Origin: Candidatus Latescibacterota bacterium
GTDB lineage: Bacteria; Latescibacterota; UBA2968; GCA-2709665
Reading direction: 5' to 3'
DNA length: 64,000 nt
Assembly: GCA_963667175.2 (NCBI GenBank)
Contig: CAXXXF010000015.1
Location: 736,001 to 800,000 of the forward strand
Made by a program: the position numbers and the translations under genes. Under the pieces are notes generated by a model, which was given only the letters and a program-made list of their open reading frames with translations, was not told where the DNA came from and did no database searches. Each line of letters begins with the position of its first letter. Within the stretch, counting starts at the first letter, position 1. Positions 62,762-64,000 of the stretch are shown here, one piece after another.

Positions 62762-64000
62762 TAGAGGCCATGCCGCTCATCCTGTTCGGGGTCCTGTTTG
62801 TGCTGCTCCTCTTCGGCTTTCCCGTCGCGTTCACGCTGGGGGGCGTCTCCTTCATCCTGGGCTATCTCACGTTCGGCATCGACTTCTTCAACCTGCTGCC
62901 CCTGCGCATCTGGGGGGTGATGACCAATTACGTGCTCATCGCGGTCCCCCTGTTCGTCTATATGGGCGTCATGCTCGAGAAATCGGGGCTTGCCGAGGAA
63001 CTGCTGGAAACCATGGCACTGCTCTTCGGCAAGTTGCGCGGCGGTCTTGCCGTTTCCGTAATTGTCGTGGGCGCGCTGCTGGGCGCATCCACCGGCATCG
63101 TAGGGGCTACCGTCGTCACCATGGGGCTCCTGAGCCTGCCCACCATGCTCAGACGCGGTTACCGCACCGAACTCGCCACCGGTATCATCTCAGCGTCCGG
63201 TACGCTGGGCCAGATCATCCCGCCCAGCATCGTCCTGGTGCTGCTGGGAAGCATCCTGAATATTTCCATTGGCGACATGTTCATCGCAGCGGTGATTCCA
63301 GGCATGTGTCTGGTGGGTCTCTACCTGACCTGGATCGTGATTGTCGCCGTCGCGAAGCCGGAAACCGCTCCCGCCATGCCCAGGGAGGACCTGGACCGGT
63401 TTGTGGGCGCCGTCAGGGTCAAACAGACCATTCACGCCTTCCTGCTGCCCGGCCTGCTGATAACGGCCGTCCTGGGATCCATCTTCGCCGGTGTCGCGTC
63501 TCCCACCGAAGCCGCCGCGGTTGGCGCCCTGGGCGCAACCGTGCTCACACTGTGCAAGCGCAAGCTTTCCCTCGAAACCCTCAAGGCCGTCATGGCCGAG
63601 ACGACCCACCTGACCTGCATGGTCTTCATCATCCTGGTGGGCGCCACCGCCTTCGGCCTTGTTTTCAGGGGACTGCACGGCGACGCATATCTCACGCGAC
63701 TGATCGTGGAAGCCGATCCGGGGCCCCACGTTTTCCTCGCGCTCGTTATGGTCGTTATTTTCGTCGCCGGATTCTTTATAGACTTCATAGAAATCACGTT
63801 CATCATCGTTCCGGTTGTCGCGCCGATTTTCGCACACCTGGGCGTGGACCTTCTCTGGGTGGGCATCCTCATTGCGATGAACCTCCAGACGTCCTTTCTC
63901 ACCCCGCCTTTCGGATTTTCCCTGTTCTACCTGAAGGGCGTCGCGCCGCCCGAAGTCCAAACGGGCCAGATCTATCGGGGCATCATACCCTTTATCATCG
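62758..64000 (+). CDS. TRAP transporter large permease (DctM family), 3' truncated
   Basis: GFPVAFTLGG, AVPLFVYMG, ASGTLGQIIPPSI, SPTEAAAVGA, NLQTSFLTPPFG. Confidence 0.93.
   Translation, partial: MIEAMPLILFGVLFVLLLFGFPVAFTLGGVSFILGYLTFGIDFFNLLPLRIWGVMTNYVLIAVPLFVYMGVMLEKSGLAEELLETMALLFGKLRGGLAVSVIVVGALLGASTGIVGATVVTMGLLSLPTMLRRGYRTELATGIISASGTLGQIIPPSIVLVLLGSILNISIGDMFIAAVIPGMCLVGLYLTWIVIVAVAKPETAPAMPREDLDRFVGAVRVKQTIHAFLLPGLLITAVLGSIFAGVASPTEAAAVGALGATVLTLCKRKLSLETLKAVMAETTHLTCMVFIILVGATAFGLVFRGLHGDAYLTRLIVEADPGPHVFLALVMVVIFVAGFFIDFIEITFIIVPVVAPIFAHLGVDLLWVGILIAMNLQTSFLTPPFGFSLFYLKGVAPPEVQTGQIYRGIIPFII

Overview
A GC-rich bacterial chromosomal segment that is mostly housekeeping and catabolic. 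It contains the 3' end of rne/rng, rplU-rpmA-mdh, acnA with a divergent LysR regulator, gpmI, sucC without sucD, an FmdB-dnaK unit behind a likely sigma54 promoter, a variant (CxxxY-CcmE) cytochrome c maturation operon, a kdgK-eda-ROK sugar-acid operon, tgt-yajC-fmt, a PorV-like/site-2 protease/divergent deacetylase operon, proS, a UbiD-family gene, dsbD and a TRAP transporter cut by the window edge. A PorV-family gene, three PhyH dioxygenases and a DUF6785-like membrane protein suggest an FCB-group organism such as Latescibacterota or Gemmatimonadota, possibly host-associated; this is inference only. The most unusual items are: (i) an uncharacterised ~11 kb catabolic locus (39.2-49.9 kb) that couples a lyase-like protein to a homocysteine S-methyltransferase; (ii) tiny CCTGCC..GGCAGG palindromes, with an apparent filled and empty site pair; (iii) a probable ATC start codon and structured leader for tgt; (iv) a ~1.3 kb zone of dense single-base indels that is probably an assembly artefact. 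I saw no CRISPR array, tRNA, rRNA, transposase or prophage. All family calls come from motif recognition by eye, not database searches.
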